Source of the DNA: an uncultured Nitrosomonadaceae bacterium
GTDB taxonomy: Bacteria; Pseudomonadota; Gammaproteobacteria; Burkholderiales; Nitrosomonadaceae
Direction of reading: 5' to 3'
Assembly: GCA_964013575.1 (NCBI GenBank)
Contig: CAXGWP010000005.1
Location: 17,306 to 81,305, forward strand
Length of the DNA: 64,000 nt
Shown here one piece after another: positions 41,734 through 52,482 of the stretch (positions within the stretch are counted from its first letter, which is position 1; each line of letters opens with the position of its first letter). The notes under the pieces are model-generated. The model was not told the DNA's origin. It did no database searches and worked only from the letters and a program-made list of their open reading frames with translations. Position numbers and translations under genes: made by a program.

Positions 41734-43350
41734 TTACACCTTGTCTTTATATCTAGATGTAATTGGGTAGCGCCAGTTGTTATTAAAACCATTCTGAGTA
41801 ATATAAATTCCTAAAGGAGATTGGCGCCGTTTATATTCATTTTTACAAAGTAGATTTATAATATGCTGCACATCATCCTTAGAGTAGCCCATATCAACTA
41901 TCTCATATAATGGTTTACCATTCTCCATATATTCCTCAATAATGCCATCAATAATATTATAAGATGGAAGGTTATCCTGATCTGTCTGATTTGGTCGTAG
42001 TTCAGCAGAGGGCATACGCCGAATAATACGCTCTGGAATCACCAGGCTTACATTATTACGATAATTACAAAGCTTATACACTATGCTCTTACTGACATCC
42101 TTCAATACTGCCAATCCACCAGCCATATCACCATAAAGTGTACTATAACCTATTGCCATCTCAGATTTATTACTAGTAGTAAGTACAATTGCCCCATATT
42201 TATTTGATAATGCCATTAAAATAGTTCCTCGAATTCTTGCTTGTAAATTTTCCTCAGTAACTCCTATTTCATCATGTTCTCGTGACCAATCAAATTTATT
42301 AGCAAGCAAATTTAATATTTGATCAAACGTTGAATTAATTGGAAATTCACTATAACGAACACCTAGGGCCTTAGACATAGCACGTGAGTCTTCTAAACTT
42401 ATACTAGCTGTATATTCTGATGGCATCATTACTGCCCATACTCTATCAGGACCCAGTGCATCAACTGCAATTGCTAATGTAAGAGCAGAATCAACACCTC
42501 CAGATAAACCAATAATTACATTAGTAAAGCTATTTTTATCAATATAATCTCTTACTCCAAGACATAGAGCCCTATATATGCTCTCTTCTTGACTCCTTTT
42601 ATTAGTAGTAACTCCCTCCATAGAAAGGCCACTTTGGAATTCGAAGAAACCTAAGGTCTCAATGAACTCATCAAATTGATTAATGAGTTCTCCTTCATGA
42701 TTTACTACAAATGAAGCACCATCAAATACTAGCCCATCCTGACCACCTACAAGATTTACACAAATAATAGTTATTCCTATTGCATGAGCTCGTTGACATA
42801 TAAAATTTTTCAGCAGAATTTGCTTATTAAAATAATAAGGTAATGCACATAACAATATTAATACTTCTGCTCCTTCTTTTTTTGCTGCAACTATATTATT
42901 TTCTTGCCATATATCAGTAGAAATATTTATCCCAAATTTTATTCCTTCAGAACTAAAGAGGCACACATCTGAACCAGCTTCAAAATAATAAGACTCTTTG
43001 AACCAATTATCATTTAAAAGGTTATTTTTAAAATATGTAGCAACAACTTTCCCGTTACAAATTAATGAAGCAGCATTATAAACACGATTATCAATAAAAT
43101 AAGGATGGCCTAATAATAGTGTGATCCCATTTATTTCTTTTACTAAATTAGTAAATGTTTTTATACAAGCCAGACGAAACCCATCTAGTAATAACAAATT
43201 CTCAGGAGGATAGCCAGATAAGGCTAGTTCAGGCGTGATAACTAATGCAGTATCTTTGTTTCTTGCCTGATTAGTAAAATCAAGAATCTTTTTTGCATTA
43301 CCAGTAAGGTCACCTACTATACAATTAATCTGAGCAATGGCGATTCGCAT
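41734..43350 (-). CDS. nadE: NAD+ synthetase with N-terminal C-N hydrolase (glutaminase-type) domain
   Basis: N-terminal nitrilase-like domain (ITPELALSGYPPENL). C-terminal synthetase domain with PP-loop GLSGGVDS. 538 aa. Confidence 0.93.
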   Translation of the reverse strand: MRIAIAQINCIVGDLTGNAKKILDFTNQARNKDTALVITPELALSGYPPENLLLLDGFRLACIKTFTNLVKEINGITLLLGHPYFIDNRVYNAASLICNGKVVATYFKNNLLNDNWFKESYYFEAGSDVCLFSSEGIKFGINISTDIWQENNIVAAKKEGAEVLILLCALPYYFNKQILLKNFICQRAHAIGITIICVNLVGGQDGLVFDGASFVVNHEGELINQFDEFIETLGFFEFQSGLSMEGVTTNKRSQEESIYRALCLGVRDYIDKNSFTNVIIGLSGGVDSALTLAIAVDALGPDRVWAVMMPSEYTASISLEDSRAMSKALGVRYSEFPINSTFDQILNLLANKFDWSREHDEIGVTEENLQARIRGTILMALSNKYGAIVLTTSNKSEMAIGYSTLYGDMAGGLAVLKDVSKSIVYKLCNYRNNVSLVIPERIIRRMPSAELRPNQTDQDNLPSYNIIDGIIEEYMENGKPLYEIVDMGYSKDDVQHIINLLCKNEYKRRQSPLGIYITQNGFNNNWRYPITSRYKDKV

Positions 43351-43550
43351 GATGCAATTATTAATTTAATTTTTAACTATATAGATGATCATATCAGAAT
43401 TAATTTTCTTCGTAGATACAATATCATAGCAATGAACAAAATATTAAATAATTGTCTCATTAATAACAAATCTAAGAAAGTATATTTCCACATGTTAGAA
43501 TAAAACTCATGATTATGCTTTATAAATAACTTTATCATAGAGACATTTCA

Positions 43551-44093
43551 ATGAAATATTGTAGTAATTGTGGAGCTCTTGTCGATATTCTTATTCCAGA
43601 AGGAGACACATTGCCTCGCCATGTATGCTCAGCATGTAGTTATATACATTACCAAAACCCTAAGATGGTAGTAGGTTGCATACCAAAATGGGAGAATAAA
43701 ATCTTGCTATGTCGTAGAGCAATTAATCCTCGCCGTGGTTTCTGGACTCTTCCTGCCGGATTCATGGAAAATTCTGAAACTCTAGAACAGGCTGCTTCCC
43801 GTGAAACTATGGAAGAAGCTCATGCCCACGTAAAGATTGGAAACCTTTACGCTATTTATAACCTACCAGCTATAAATCAAGTATATTTCTTATTCCTAGC
43901 AAAACTACTAGACTTAAATTTTAAACCTGGAATCGAAAGTCTAGAGGTAAAACTTTTTAAAGAAGAAGAAGTTCCTTGGGATAAAATAGCTTTCCAAGTC
44001 ATTGGCATGCCTTTAAAGCGTTATTTTAAAGAAATGCATTCAGGTGACCCTAATTTCTATTTAGAAACTTTAGATAATATTGATCACTGCTGA
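43551..44093 (+). CDS. NUDIX hydrolase with N-terminal zinc-ribbon
   Basis: CSNCG...CSAC zinc ribbon. Nudix box GFMENSETLEQAASRETMEEA. Confidence 0.85.
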   Translation: MKYCSNCGALVDILIPEGDTLPRHVCSACSYIHYQNPKMVVGCIPKWENKILLCRRAINPRRGFWTLPAGFMENSETLEQAASRETMEEAHAHVKIGNLYAIYNLPAINQVYFLFLAKLLDLNFKPGIESLEVKLFKEEEVPWDKIAFQVIGMPLKRYFKEMHSGDPNFYLETLDNIDHC

Positions 44094-44148
44094 AAATAAT
44101 AAAAAACTTATCTTCTAATTAAATCTAAATACATGGATTAAATTAAAT

Positions 44149-45000
44149 TCAACCCTCTTTATTATTTTTCAATAACAGTGCCATTTTATATAATTGATTC
44201 CTATTTTCTGAAGTAATATCTGAGGTAAGTTTTACTGCCTGTTTTAAAGGAAGATTTTCCAATAATAATTTAAGTGTGTGTTGGGCATGATTACTAATTG
44301 CAGTCTTATCTTGCCTTTCTATACCAGAAACAATTAATACAAATTCACCTTTCTGCTGATTAATGTCTGAATTTAACCAATTTAATGCATCACCTAAGGC
44401 ACAAGTATAAATAGTCTCAAATAATTTTGTCAGTTCTCTACCTATAATTAATTCCCGATTTGCCCCTAATATTTCAGATAAATCTGCAATAAACTCCAAT
44501 ATCCGGTGAGGTGCTTCATAAAATACCAGAGCATATGGTAGGGATTTCAATTCTTCCATTTTATGTCTACGCATACTCTTTGAGGCAGGAAGAAATCCGC
44601 AGAATAAGAAATTTGATATAGGAATTCCAGCCACAGATAAGGCACACAATGCTGCATTAGCGCCAGGAATCGGCACCACCCGATAATTACTTCTTACCAG
44701 ATTAACTAAAATTGCCCCAGGATCAGAAATCCCAGGCGTACCGGCATCAGTAATATACGCAACAGATTTTCCTGCTTTAAGTAAACTTAGAATCTTCTTT
44801 GTAGCTGCTCGCTCATTATGTTGATGCAGAGCTATCATTCTTTTAGTAATAGCATGATGTGTTAATAATTTTCTCGATTTTCTTGTATCTTCAGCAGCAA
44901 TTACATCTACGGCCAAAAGGACATCTAATGCACGTAGACTAAAATCTCGAAGGTTTCCTATCGGAGTAGCAACCACATATAATATACTTTTCTGTATCAT
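44149..45000 (-). CDS. rsmI: 16S rRNA (cytidine1402-2'-O)-methyltransferase RsmI
   Basis: Tetrapyrrole-methylase-fold N-terminus YVVATPIGNLRD and ITDAGTPGISDPG. Confidence 0.93.
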   Translation of the reverse strand: MIQKSILYVVATPIGNLRDFSLRALDVLLAVDVIAAEDTRKSRKLLTHHAITKRMIALHQHNERAATKKILSLLKAGKSVAYITDAGTPGISDPGAILVNLVRSNYRVVPIPGANAALCALSVAGIPISNFLFCGFLPASKSMRRHKMEELKSLPYALVFYEAPHRILEFIADLSEILGANRELIIGRELTKLFETIYTCALGDALNWLNSDINQQKGEFVLIVSGIERQDKTAISNHAQHTLKLLLENLPLKQAVKLTSDITSENRNQLYKMALLLKNNKEG

Positions 45001-45112
45001 TTCTTCAGATATGAATAAAGCTCGTGTTAATATTTCTAGTAATGAGCGCTAAACCATATGATAGCTTGATGCTAGCTCCCATTCCACAAATAAATAAATT
45101 TAGAAATTATAA

Positions 45113-46474
45113 ATGTCTATCTTTCTGAACCAACTCCAGTCTATTCTACCCCCTGATCGGATTTATACAGACCCAGTAGATTGTTACACTTATGCTTATG
45201 ATAATAGTCAAAAAATATTTCCACCTGATATTGTGGTATTTCCACTTAGCTCCGACGAAATTCAAGCAATAATATTATTATGTAATACCCATAGCGTACC
45301 ACTCACACCTCGTGGACGTGGTACAGGAACTGCTGGAGGAAGCATACCAGAACAGGGTGGTATAGCATTATCTCTTGAACGTATGTTACAAATCACTGTG
45401 ATCGATCCTGCTAATCGTTTAGTTATAACTGAACCTGGAGTGCTCAATCAGACTGTACAAAATGCAGTTAAACCTTATAATTTTTTCTGGCCTCCTGATC
45501 CCTCCAGTGCAGCATATTCAAGTATTGGGGGAAATCTTGCCACCTCTGCAGGTGGCCCCCATGCAGTAAAATATGGCACTACTCGTGATCATGTTTTAGG
45601 TTTAAAGGCAGTAACAGGTAAAGGGGAAAAGATCAGGACAGGTTGTTATACGACAAAAGGCGTAGTTGGATATGATCTAACAAGACTCTTGATTGGTTCT
45701 GAGGGTACATTAGCAGTAATTACTGAAGCAACACTTAAACTTACACCTTTACCACAATCTATTGGAGGGATCGTTGCTCATTTTCATGATGCTTCAAGTT
45801 GTGCTAAAGCAATAGTCTCAATTATGTCTCTCCCACAAATTCCAAGTGCACTTGAATTTCTAGATGAAGGTTCACTTAATCTAATTCGCAGCCGTTCCCC
45901 AGAAATACTGCCATATGATAGTTCAGCAATGCTTATGATCGAAGTGGATGGGTCTTACCAAGAAGTAAAAGACACAAGCACTACTATATTATCTGCTTGC
46001 CAGAATAAAGGGCTATTACAGGCTGATTGTGTACCTGATTCTGAAAATTTATGGAGAATGCGTAAGGCATTATCACCATTATTAAGGGATATTGCACCAA
46101 AAAAAATTAATGAAGATATAGTTGTACCAATTTCCACTCTACCTACCTTCCTAAATAGCCTAACTAAATTAAGTTCAAAATATCAAGTTAGTAACGTTAA
46201 TTTTGGCCATGCTGGCAATGGAAACATTCATGTAAATTTATTAGTAGACCCACATAATACTGAAGAAATGAACCGCGCTGAAAAATGTTTGAGTGAGATC
46301 TTTGATTTGGTAATAAGCCTCAATGGGACATTATCAGGGGAGCATGGTATTGGTATAGAGAAGCGTGCTTATGTTGAACGAGAAATTGATAAAAAAACAA
46401 TACATTTAATGAAAAATATTAAAAATGTTTTTGACCCTAACAATGTACTAAACCCAGGAAAATTATTTCTATAA
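45113..46474 (+). CDS. FAD-linked oxidase (GlcD / D-2-hydroxyacid dehydrogenase-like)
   Basis: FAD_binding_4 motif PRGRGTGTAGG. C-terminal GEHGIG and NPGK. 453 aa. Confidence 0.85.
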   Translation: MSIFLNQLQSILPPDRIYTDPVDCYTYAYDNSQKIFPPDIVVFPLSSDEIQAIILLCNTHSVPLTPRGRGTGTAGGSIPEQGGIALSLERMLQITVIDPANRLVITEPGVLNQTVQNAVKPYNFFWPPDPSSAAYSSIGGNLATSAGGPHAVKYGTTRDHVLGLKAVTGKGEKIRTGCYTTKGVVGYDLTRLLIGSEGTLAVITEATLKLTPLPQSIGGIVAHFHDASSCAKAIVSIMSLPQIPSALEFLDEGSLNLIRSRSPEILPYDSSAMLMIEVDGSYQEVKDTSTTILSACQNKGLLQADCVPDSENLWRMRKALSPLLRDIAPKKINEDIVVPISTLPTFLNSLTKLSSKYQVSNVNFGHAGNGNIHVNLLVDPHNTEEMNRAEKCLSEIFDLVISLNGTLSGEHGIGIEKRAYVEREIDKKTIHLMKNIKNVFDPNNVLNPGKLFL

Positions 46475-46613
46475 TTTAGAAATTATATACATTAAATTCT
46501 GGCAGATTATAAATATCTACAAGGTATCCTAAACATTTCTATGCTTAACAGGAGAATTAATATTTCACTAAATTAAAAATATTATAAACTCTAAAAAATC
46601 TATTAAACAATAA

Positions 46614-47507
46614 TTAGAAATAAAAATAATGATCAACTAATAATGCAGTAAATAATGCTGTCAAATAGAAAATTGAATAACGAAAAGCTGAACGTGCAAG
46701 CTGATCACTATAGTTAAGATAAATTTTTACGGCATAGTATAAAAATATAGCATCTAAAACTATTGCACTAATAAGATAAATTAACCCTCCCATTTGGGTT
46801 GCATAGGGCATAAGCGTAACAGCACAAAGTATAAAAGTATAAAGAAGCACATTAAGCTGAGTAAATTTATCTCCATGTGTTACCGGAAGCATTGGCATTC
46901 CAACTTTAGCGTATTCATGCTTCCGGTAAAGTGCGAGTGCCCAAAAATGTGGTGGCGTCCATGCAAAGATTATAAGAAATAAAAGTAGCGCATCAGCCGA
47001 AATCTCTCCTGTTACAGATGTCCACCCAAGTACTGGGGGCATTGCACCAGAAGCTCCACCGATAACAATATTTTGCGGCGTTAAGGGTTTGAGTAATACT
47101 GTATAAATAATGGCATAGCCAACAAATGTAACCAAAGTAAGCCACATTGTTAAAGGATTTACCCATTGATAAAGTATGAATAAGCCACTTCCACCAATCA
47201 AAGCAAGGAAGAAAAAAGTTTCTGGAGAAGTTACCTCTCCTCTTGGTAATGGCCTACCTCGAGTACGAGCCATAACAGAGTCAATCTTTTGTTCCACTAA
47301 GCAATTTACTGCTGCAGCTGCACCTGCAACTAAAGCAATCCCTAACGTACCAAAAATTAATGCATTCAATGGAACTGCACCAGGCACTGCAAGGAACATA
47401 CCTATAAATGCAGTAAAAACAATAAGAGAAACAACCCGTGGTTTAGTTAAGCGATAAAATTGGTGTAATCGTGACGCTGTATTTTGCCAAGTTATACTAA
47501 TAGCCAT
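46614..47507 (-). CDS. cyoE: Protoheme IX farnesyltransferase (heme O synthase)
   Basis: UbiA-family polytopic protein with D-rich and GRPLPRG motifs. Located at the end of the oxidase biogenesis cluster. Confidence 0.95.
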   Translation of the reverse strand: MAISITWQNTASRLHQFYRLTKPRVVSLIVFTAFIGMFLAVPGAVPLNALIFGTLGIALVAGAAAAVNCLVEQKIDSVMARTRGRPLPRGEVTSPETFFFLALIGGSGLFILYQWVNPLTMWLTLVTFVGYAIIYTVLLKPLTPQNIVIGGASGAMPPVLGWTSVTGEISADALLLFLIIFAWTPPHFWALALYRKHEYAKVGMPMLPVTHGDKFTQLNVLLYTFILCAVTLMPYATQMGGLIYLISAIVLDAIFLYYAVKIYLNYSDQLARSAFRYSIFYLTALFTALLVDHYFYF

Positions 47508-47524
47508 AACATCTATCCTTTATC

Positions 47525-48106
47525 TTATCCTATTCGTGATACCTTAAGTAATCGCTTAATATCTTTTGCCATTTTAGCCGGATCAATATCTTTTGGAAAA
47601 CGCATCATTAAATTACCTAATGGATCAATTATATAAATATGATCACGCTGTGAGACTTTTGCTGGAATCTCATTTAATAACTCACTCTCCTGAGCATTCA
47701 CAAAAATGGTCCCCTTAAAATCTTCGTGAATACTAGTCTCTATATTTTTATTATCATCTATTAGCCAAACTCGCTCTATACGATCCATTTTCTTATTCTG
47801 CATTAGCCTTACCTGACGCATATAATAAAGCTGTTTACGACATAACTCTGCACATTCCCCAGAATCTATAACCAACATTACCCATTTCCCACGTAACTGG
47901 CTAATACTAAATACCTCACCATTTGTTTTATATAAAACTACATCTGGTAAAGCTTGTTTGATCTTAATTAACTCTCCATAATTTACAGTGGCTGAAGGCG
48001 CTCCCCAATAAAACAAGGCATAAGAAACTGCTATAGGCGCAATCATTACTGTTAACAACAAATATAATCGAAGCTTATGCTTTCTCTGGCTGGTCTTTTT
48101 TAACAT
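47525..48106 (-). CDS. Membrane-anchored thioredoxin-fold protein of the oxidase biogenesis cluster (SCO1/SenC-like, atypical)
   Basis: One N-terminal TM helix. CxxxC motif GECAELC where SCO proteins have CPDVC. Position between SURF1 and cyoE. Confidence 0.55.
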   Translation of the reverse strand: MLKKTSQRKHKLRLYLLLTVMIAPIAVSYALFYWGAPSATVNYGELIKIKQALPDVVLYKTNGEVFSISQLRGKWVMLVIDSGECAELCRKQLYYMRQVRLMQNKKMDRIERVWLIDDNKNIETSIHEDFKGTIFVNAQESELLNEIPAKVSQRDHIYIIDPLGNLMMRFPKDIDPAKMAKDIKRLLKVSRIG

Positions 48107-48797
48107 TTAACACCAAATATAATATTAATACCGCCAACGCCATAGAATACCACTGAAATGCATATCCCCAATTTCTACTAGATCCAGAATCAGGCCGGGT
48201 CCATTCCCTTTTCAATCCATCATCTATACCCTTTCCTTCTAAAACTAACAACGGCTGCAGCGTAATTCCTGTTACCTTACGATAACGATCAATATGTAAG
48301 TTTGCCCAGACTTTCCCCGTCACAATTTCCTTAGAAAGTTCAAGAGTCCTAATTGTTGGCGATTCTACTATACCTGATACCATAACTCTACCTGTAGGAG
48401 TGAAAATATCAGGCAACTCATAACGAGTACGTCCAGCAGCAACCCAACCACGATTAATTAAAACATGCATAGAACTCCCACTTAATCTTATTGGCGTGAT
48501 TACTTGATAGCCTACAATACCCTTATTTACCTTATTATCTAAAAATATTGTATGATCAGGAACATATGTTCCTTGTACCTCAACCTTACGATACTGATAA
48601 TCTTTTAGTTTAATTGGTGTCGTCGGTATCGATATTACTGGCTGCTGTGAAAGTTGATTTAACTGTGCCTGGCGGGCCTCTTTCTCCTTGGCTCTAGAAA
48701 CTTGCCAGTTACCTAACATCATAGTTAAAGTAACAAAAAATATAGCAGCAACGGTTGGCCAGAAACTTACTCTAAAATGCCAACGAAAAATAGTCAT
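48075..48797 (-). CDS. SURF1-family cytochrome oxidase assembly protein
   Basis: N- and C-terminal TM helices with LGNWQVSRAKEK and INRGWV motifs. 240 aa. Cluster context. Confidence 0.85.
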   Translation of the reverse strand: MTIFRWHFRVSFWPTVAAIFFVTLTMMLGNWQVSRAKEKEARQAQLNQLSQQPVISIPTTPIKLKDYQYRKVEVQGTYVPDHTIFLDNKVNKGIVGYQVITPIRLSGSSMHVLINRGWVAAGRTRYELPDIFTPTGRVMVSGIVESPTIRTLELSKEIVTGKVWANLHIDRYRKVTGITLQPLLVLEGKGIDDGLKREWTRPDSGSSRNWGYAFQWYSMALAVLILYLVLNVKKDQPEKA

Positions 48798-48866
48798 TGG
48801 TTAGAACACTATTCTCGGCTAAAATTCTGCCCAGAACTTAAATTTATAAAACAACTGGAGTCAATC

Positions 48867-49058
48867 TTGAAAATTATTGCAGCCGTATTTTTTCTTTTCA
48901 TATTTTATAGCCTTGCAACCGCATTATTCTTCATGATCAGAGACAAAGGTCAGAGTACACGTATGGTTAAATCTCTTACTGTACGAATTGGCCTATCAGT
49001 TATTCTTTTTATTATCCTTATGGCAAGTTATCATTTTGGCATCCTTCCTAATAGCTAA
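48867..49058 (+). CDS. Twin-transmembrane-helix small protein (DUF2909-like)
   Basis: Two hydrophobic helices. Conserved opposite-strand position between SURF1 and coxIII. I prefer the TTG at 48867 (GGAG 6 nt upstream) over the track's ATG at 48777, which would overlap the SURF1 start. Confidence 0.6.
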   Translation: MKIIAAVFFLFIFYSLATALFFMIRDKGQSTRMVKSLTVRIGLSVILFIILMASYHFGILPNS

Positions 49059-49093
49059 TAGACCAATCCATATACATACTACTCTTTCTACTT

Positions 49094-49951
49094 TTATAAT
49101 AAATAAACAAATACAAATAGACCTAACCATACCACATCAACAAAATGCCAGTACCACGATACCCCTTCAAATCCAAAGTGGTTTTCTGGTTTAAAATGGC
49201 CAGCTAACACTCGAAAATAAATTACTGTTAACATTATAGCGCCAAGCGTTACATGAAAGCCATGAAACCCAGTTAGCATAAAAAATGTAGCGCCATATGC
49301 TCCAGTTGTAAGCTTCAAATTAAGCTCTGAATATGCATGCATATATTCATAAATTTGACAGCCAATGAATAGAGCACCTAGTGCTATAGTTAGAAATAGA
49401 CTCCATTTTAATTGGCTTCGCTTATCTAGTTTAATTGCCCAATGTGCCCAAGTACAAGTAACACCAGAAGTTAGCAGCAAAGCCGTATTAAAAGCCGGCA
49501 AACCCCATGCTCCCATTGGGGTAAAAGGATCAGTTATCGCTGGGCCAGCTGTTGGCCATCCAGCTGTAAATTCAGGCCATAACGAAGTTCCATACATGAC
49601 TCCCATATCACCTAGCCATGGAACAGATAACACCCTCATGTAATATAGCGCCCCAAAAAAACCGGCAAAAAACATAACTTCTGTAAAAATAAACCAACTC
49701 ATACTCCAACGAAAAGATGTATCCACTTGCTTATTGTATTTGCCACCTTCACTCTCGCGTGATACATCACCAAACCAACCAAAAAGCATATAAATTAAAA
49801 TTGCAAACCCTACAGCTAGCAATCCATAGCCAATTGGAAGTTTATTGACGCTAAAAGCAGCACCAAAACCCATAAAGAATATGGCTATAGAACCAGTAAG
49901 GGGCCATGTTGATGGTGTTGGAATATAGTAATGATTTGCTTCTTGGCTCAT
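49094..49951 (-). CDS. ctaE: Cytochrome c oxidase subunit III
   Basis: 7-TM protein with GFHGFHVTLG and WYWHFVDVVW motifs. Confidence 0.95.
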   Translation of the reverse strand: MSQEANHYYIPTPSTWPLTGSIAIFFMGFGAAFSVNKLPIGYGLLAVGFAILIYMLFGWFGDVSRESEGGKYNKQVDTSFRWSMSWFIFTEVMFFAGFFGALYYMRVLSVPWLGDMGVMYGTSLWPEFTAGWPTAGPAITDPFTPMGAWGLPAFNTALLLTSGVTCTWAHWAIKLDKRSQLKWSLFLTIALGALFIGCQIYEYMHAYSELNLKLTTGAYGATFFMLTGFHGFHVTLGAIMLTVIYFRVLAGHFKPENHFGFEGVSWYWHFVDVVWLGLFVFVYLL

Positions 49952-49983
49952 GCTTATTCTCCTGCGTATATTTTAATTAATTC

Positions 49984-50190
49984 TCAATTTGTTATTAAGT
50001 TAACTATTAACAGTAATGTCCCAACAAATAGAGCAGCACCGATAATCCCACCAATTACTACTTGCTTCATTGTTAATAATTCTACATCTGCAGCATGATC
50101 TGTATGCTTTCTAATACCAATAAAAGCCCAAAATACTGCCTTTGCAACTTGTAATTTTCCTGCTTTAGCAGGTTTAATAATATCCTTCAA
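49984..50190 (-). CDS. DUF2970-like small membrane protein
   Basis: 68 aa with WAFIGIRK and one TM helix. Conserved slot between ctaG and coxIII. 4-nt overlap with ctaG. Confidence 0.7.
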   Translation of the reverse strand: MKDIIKPAKAGKLQVAKAVFWAFIGIRKHTDHAADVELLTMKQVVIGGIIGAALFVGTLLLIVNLITN

Positions 50191-50756
50191 ATTTTACTTA
50201 CTGTATTTTCGCTTAAACTTAAGCTTTTCCCATTACTAAGACCTATCTCAAAAAAAGTATATGAGATCGATAGAGTAGCAATATCTTTGGGAAAGTCAGT
50301 TCCAATTAGAAATTGAACCGGCATTTTCCGTACTTCATTTGGTTTCAAAACTTGCTTAGTAAAACAAAAACACTCGAGTTTTTTTATATGCTGTGCAACC
50401 AATAGAGGTGCATAGCTTGGAATTGCTTGTCCAGTTACTTCCCGGTCTGTAGTATTTTTAATTTCATACATCACCTCTACCAATTCACCTGGATGCATTT
50501 TAACTGTTGATTGCAACGGCCTAAATTTCCATGGTAAACCACGAGTATTTGCATCAAGTTCAACTGTTAGCAACCTTGTTGTATCTATCTTTTGTTTTTC
50601 TTCCAGTAAAACATCAGGCTGAAGTAAATTATCTAATCCAGCAACCTCACAGATCTTTTTATAAAAAGGTATCATCGCATAACCAAAAGCAAACATCACC
50701 ATAGCAATTACTAGTAATTTCTTTAGCATTACTAGATTTAATTTTGCTAAGCTCAT
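50187..50756 (-). CDS. ctaG: Cytochrome c oxidase assembly protein CtaG/Cox11
   Basis: N-terminal TM anchor and the copper-binding CFCF motif (LECFCFTKQ). Confidence 0.93.
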   Translation of the reverse strand: MSLAKLNLVMLKKLLVIAMVMFAFGYAMIPFYKKICEVAGLDNLLQPDVLLEEKQKIDTTRLLTVELDANTRGLPWKFRPLQSTVKMHPGELVEVMYEIKNTTDREVTGQAIPSYAPLLVAQHIKKLECFCFTKQVLKPNEVRKMPVQFLIGTDFPKDIATLSISYTFFEIGLSNGKSLSLSENTVSKI

Positions 50757-50866
50757 CCCCAGTGTTTAGAGACAAATGATACTGTAATCATACCTACTAT
50801 TGCCCAAAGAACCAGCGCAGTCTTAATATTTTTACTGCGCTTGGCCTTTGATTCACGATCCTCCAT
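50753..50866 (-). CDS. 37-aa single-TM protein (cytochrome oxidase small assembly protein-like); below the ORF-track length cut-off
   Basis: Hand translation gives MEDRESKAKRSKNIKTALVLWAIVGMITVSFVSKHWG. The ATG is 4 nt after the ctaD stop, and its TGA overlaps the ctaG ATG (ATGA). Charged N-terminus plus one TM helix. Confidence 0.55.
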   Translation of the reverse strand: MEDRESKAKRSKNIKTALVLWAIVGMITVSFVSKHWG

Positions 50867-50869
50867 ACT

Positions 50870-52465
50870 TTATTTCACCTGTGGCGGAGTTTCAAAACTA
50901 TGATACGGTGCAGGTGATGGCAAGTTAGTAAATTCTAACGTATCAGCACTTTCCCAAACCTCATCTGTTGCCTTTTGCCCACCACGCACACACTTGATGA
51001 TAACGTATAGGAATAACAGCTGACTAAAGCCAAATCCAAATGCACCTATGCTTGAAATCATATTGAAATCAGCAAACTGTAAAGCATAGTCTGGTACTCT
51101 ACGAGGCATCCCTGCTAATCCCAAGAAATGCTGAACAAAGAAAGTAATATTGAAGAAAATCATAGAACACCAAAAATGTGTCTTTGCCAAACCTTCATCA
51201 TACATATTACCTGTCCATTTTGGTATCCAGTAATAGGTACCCCCAAAAAGGGCAAATAGAGAACCAGATACAAGAACATAATGAAAGTGAGCTATCACAT
51301 AATAGGTTTCCTGCAATTGTATATCTACAGGCACTACTGCAAGAACTATTCCACTAAATCCTCCAATAGTAAACAAGAAAATAAAGCCAATAGCAAATAA
51401 CATAGGCGCTTCAAATGTCATTGACCCACGCCACATTGTAGCCGTCCAGTTAAATACCTTTACTCCCGTTGGAACTGCGATCAACATGGTTGCATACATA
51501 AAGAATAGCTGAGCTGTAACTGGCATTCCTACCGTAAACATATGATGCGCCCATACGATAAATGAAAGAATCGCAATAGATGCAGTCGCATATACCATAG
51601 ATGAATAACCAAACAATCGCTTACGGGCAAATGTTGGAATAATATGAGATACAATTCCAAATGCCGGCAAAATCATTATATAAACCTCTGGGTGACCGAA
51701 GAACCAAAAAATATGTTGGAACATAACCGGGTCACCACCACCAGCAGCATTAAAGAAATTAGTGCCAAACTGACGATCCGTTAATAGCATGGTAACAGCA
51801 CCTGCTAAGACAGGCATCACTGCAAGAAGCAAATATGCAGTAATTAACCAAGTCCATACAAATAATGGCATTTTCATCATTGTCATACCAGGACAACGCA
51901 TATTAAGTATAGTTGTAACTATATTTATAGATCCCATTATTGATGAAGCACCTAATATATGGATAGCAAAAATTGTCATATCCATACCCATTCCCATCTG
52001 AGTAGATAGTGGTGGATATAATGTCCAACCACCAGCCGCAGCTCCACCTGGTGCAAAGAACGAACTAACCAATAATATAGCTGCTGGCGGTAATAGCCAA
52101 AAACTCCAATTATTCATACGAGCAAAAGCCATATCTGGAGCACCTATCATCATTGGTATCTGCCAATTAGCAAACCCAACAAAAGCTGGCATAATTGCAC
52201 CAAATACCATCACCAAACCATGTAAAGTTGTAAGTTGATTAAAAAATTCTGGTTCTACAACTTGTAATCCTGGTTGGAATAACTCAGAGCGTATAGTTAA
52301 AGCCATCACTCCACCAGTTAAAAACATTGCAAAGCTAAACCAAAGGTATAACGTACCAATATCTTTATGATTAGTAGTAGTCAACCAACGCATGATTCCA
52401 CTAGGTGGGCCATGGTGCTCATGTTCATGCGCCTGGTCGTGATCAGGATGGTGTACTGCAGCCAT
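50870..52465 (-). CDS. ctaD: Cytochrome c oxidase subunit I (aa3 type)
   Basis: [19 protein letters not shown] and HFHYV heme/CuB ligand motifs. His-rich N-terminus. 531 aa. Confidence 0.98.
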   Translation of the reverse strand: MAAVHHPDHDQAHEHEHHGPPSGIMRWLTTTNHKDIGTLYLWFSFAMFLTGGVMALTIRSELFQPGLQVVEPEFFNQLTTLHGLVMVFGAIMPAFVGFANWQIPMMIGAPDMAFARMNNWSFWLLPPAAILLVSSFFAPGGAAAGGWTLYPPLSTQMGMGMDMTIFAIHILGASSIMGSINIVTTILNMRCPGMTMMKMPLFVWTWLITAYLLLAVMPVLAGAVTMLLTDRQFGTNFFNAAGGGDPVMFQHIFWFFGHPEVYIMILPAFGIVSHIIPTFARKRLFGYSSMVYATASIAILSFIVWAHHMFTVGMPVTAQLFFMYATMLIAVPTGVKVFNWTATMWRGSMTFEAPMLFAIGFIFLFTIGGFSGIVLAVVPVDIQLQETYYVIAHFHYVLVSGSLFALFGGTYYWIPKWTGNMYDEGLAKTHFWCSMIFFNITFFVQHFLGLAGMPRRVPDYALQFADFNMISSIGAFGFGFSQLLFLYVIIKCVRGGQKATDEVWESADTLEFTNLPSPAPYHSFETPPQVK

Positions 52466-52482
52466 AATATTCTCCTCGTTCC

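Noticed and set aside
48777-48866. Upstream 30-codon extension of the DUF2909-like ORF (ATG at 48777).
   Set aside because: It would overlap the divergent SURF1 start by 21 nt and add a non-hydrophobic N-terminus. A TTG at 48867 with GGAG 6 nt upstream gives a protein of the expected ~63 aa.
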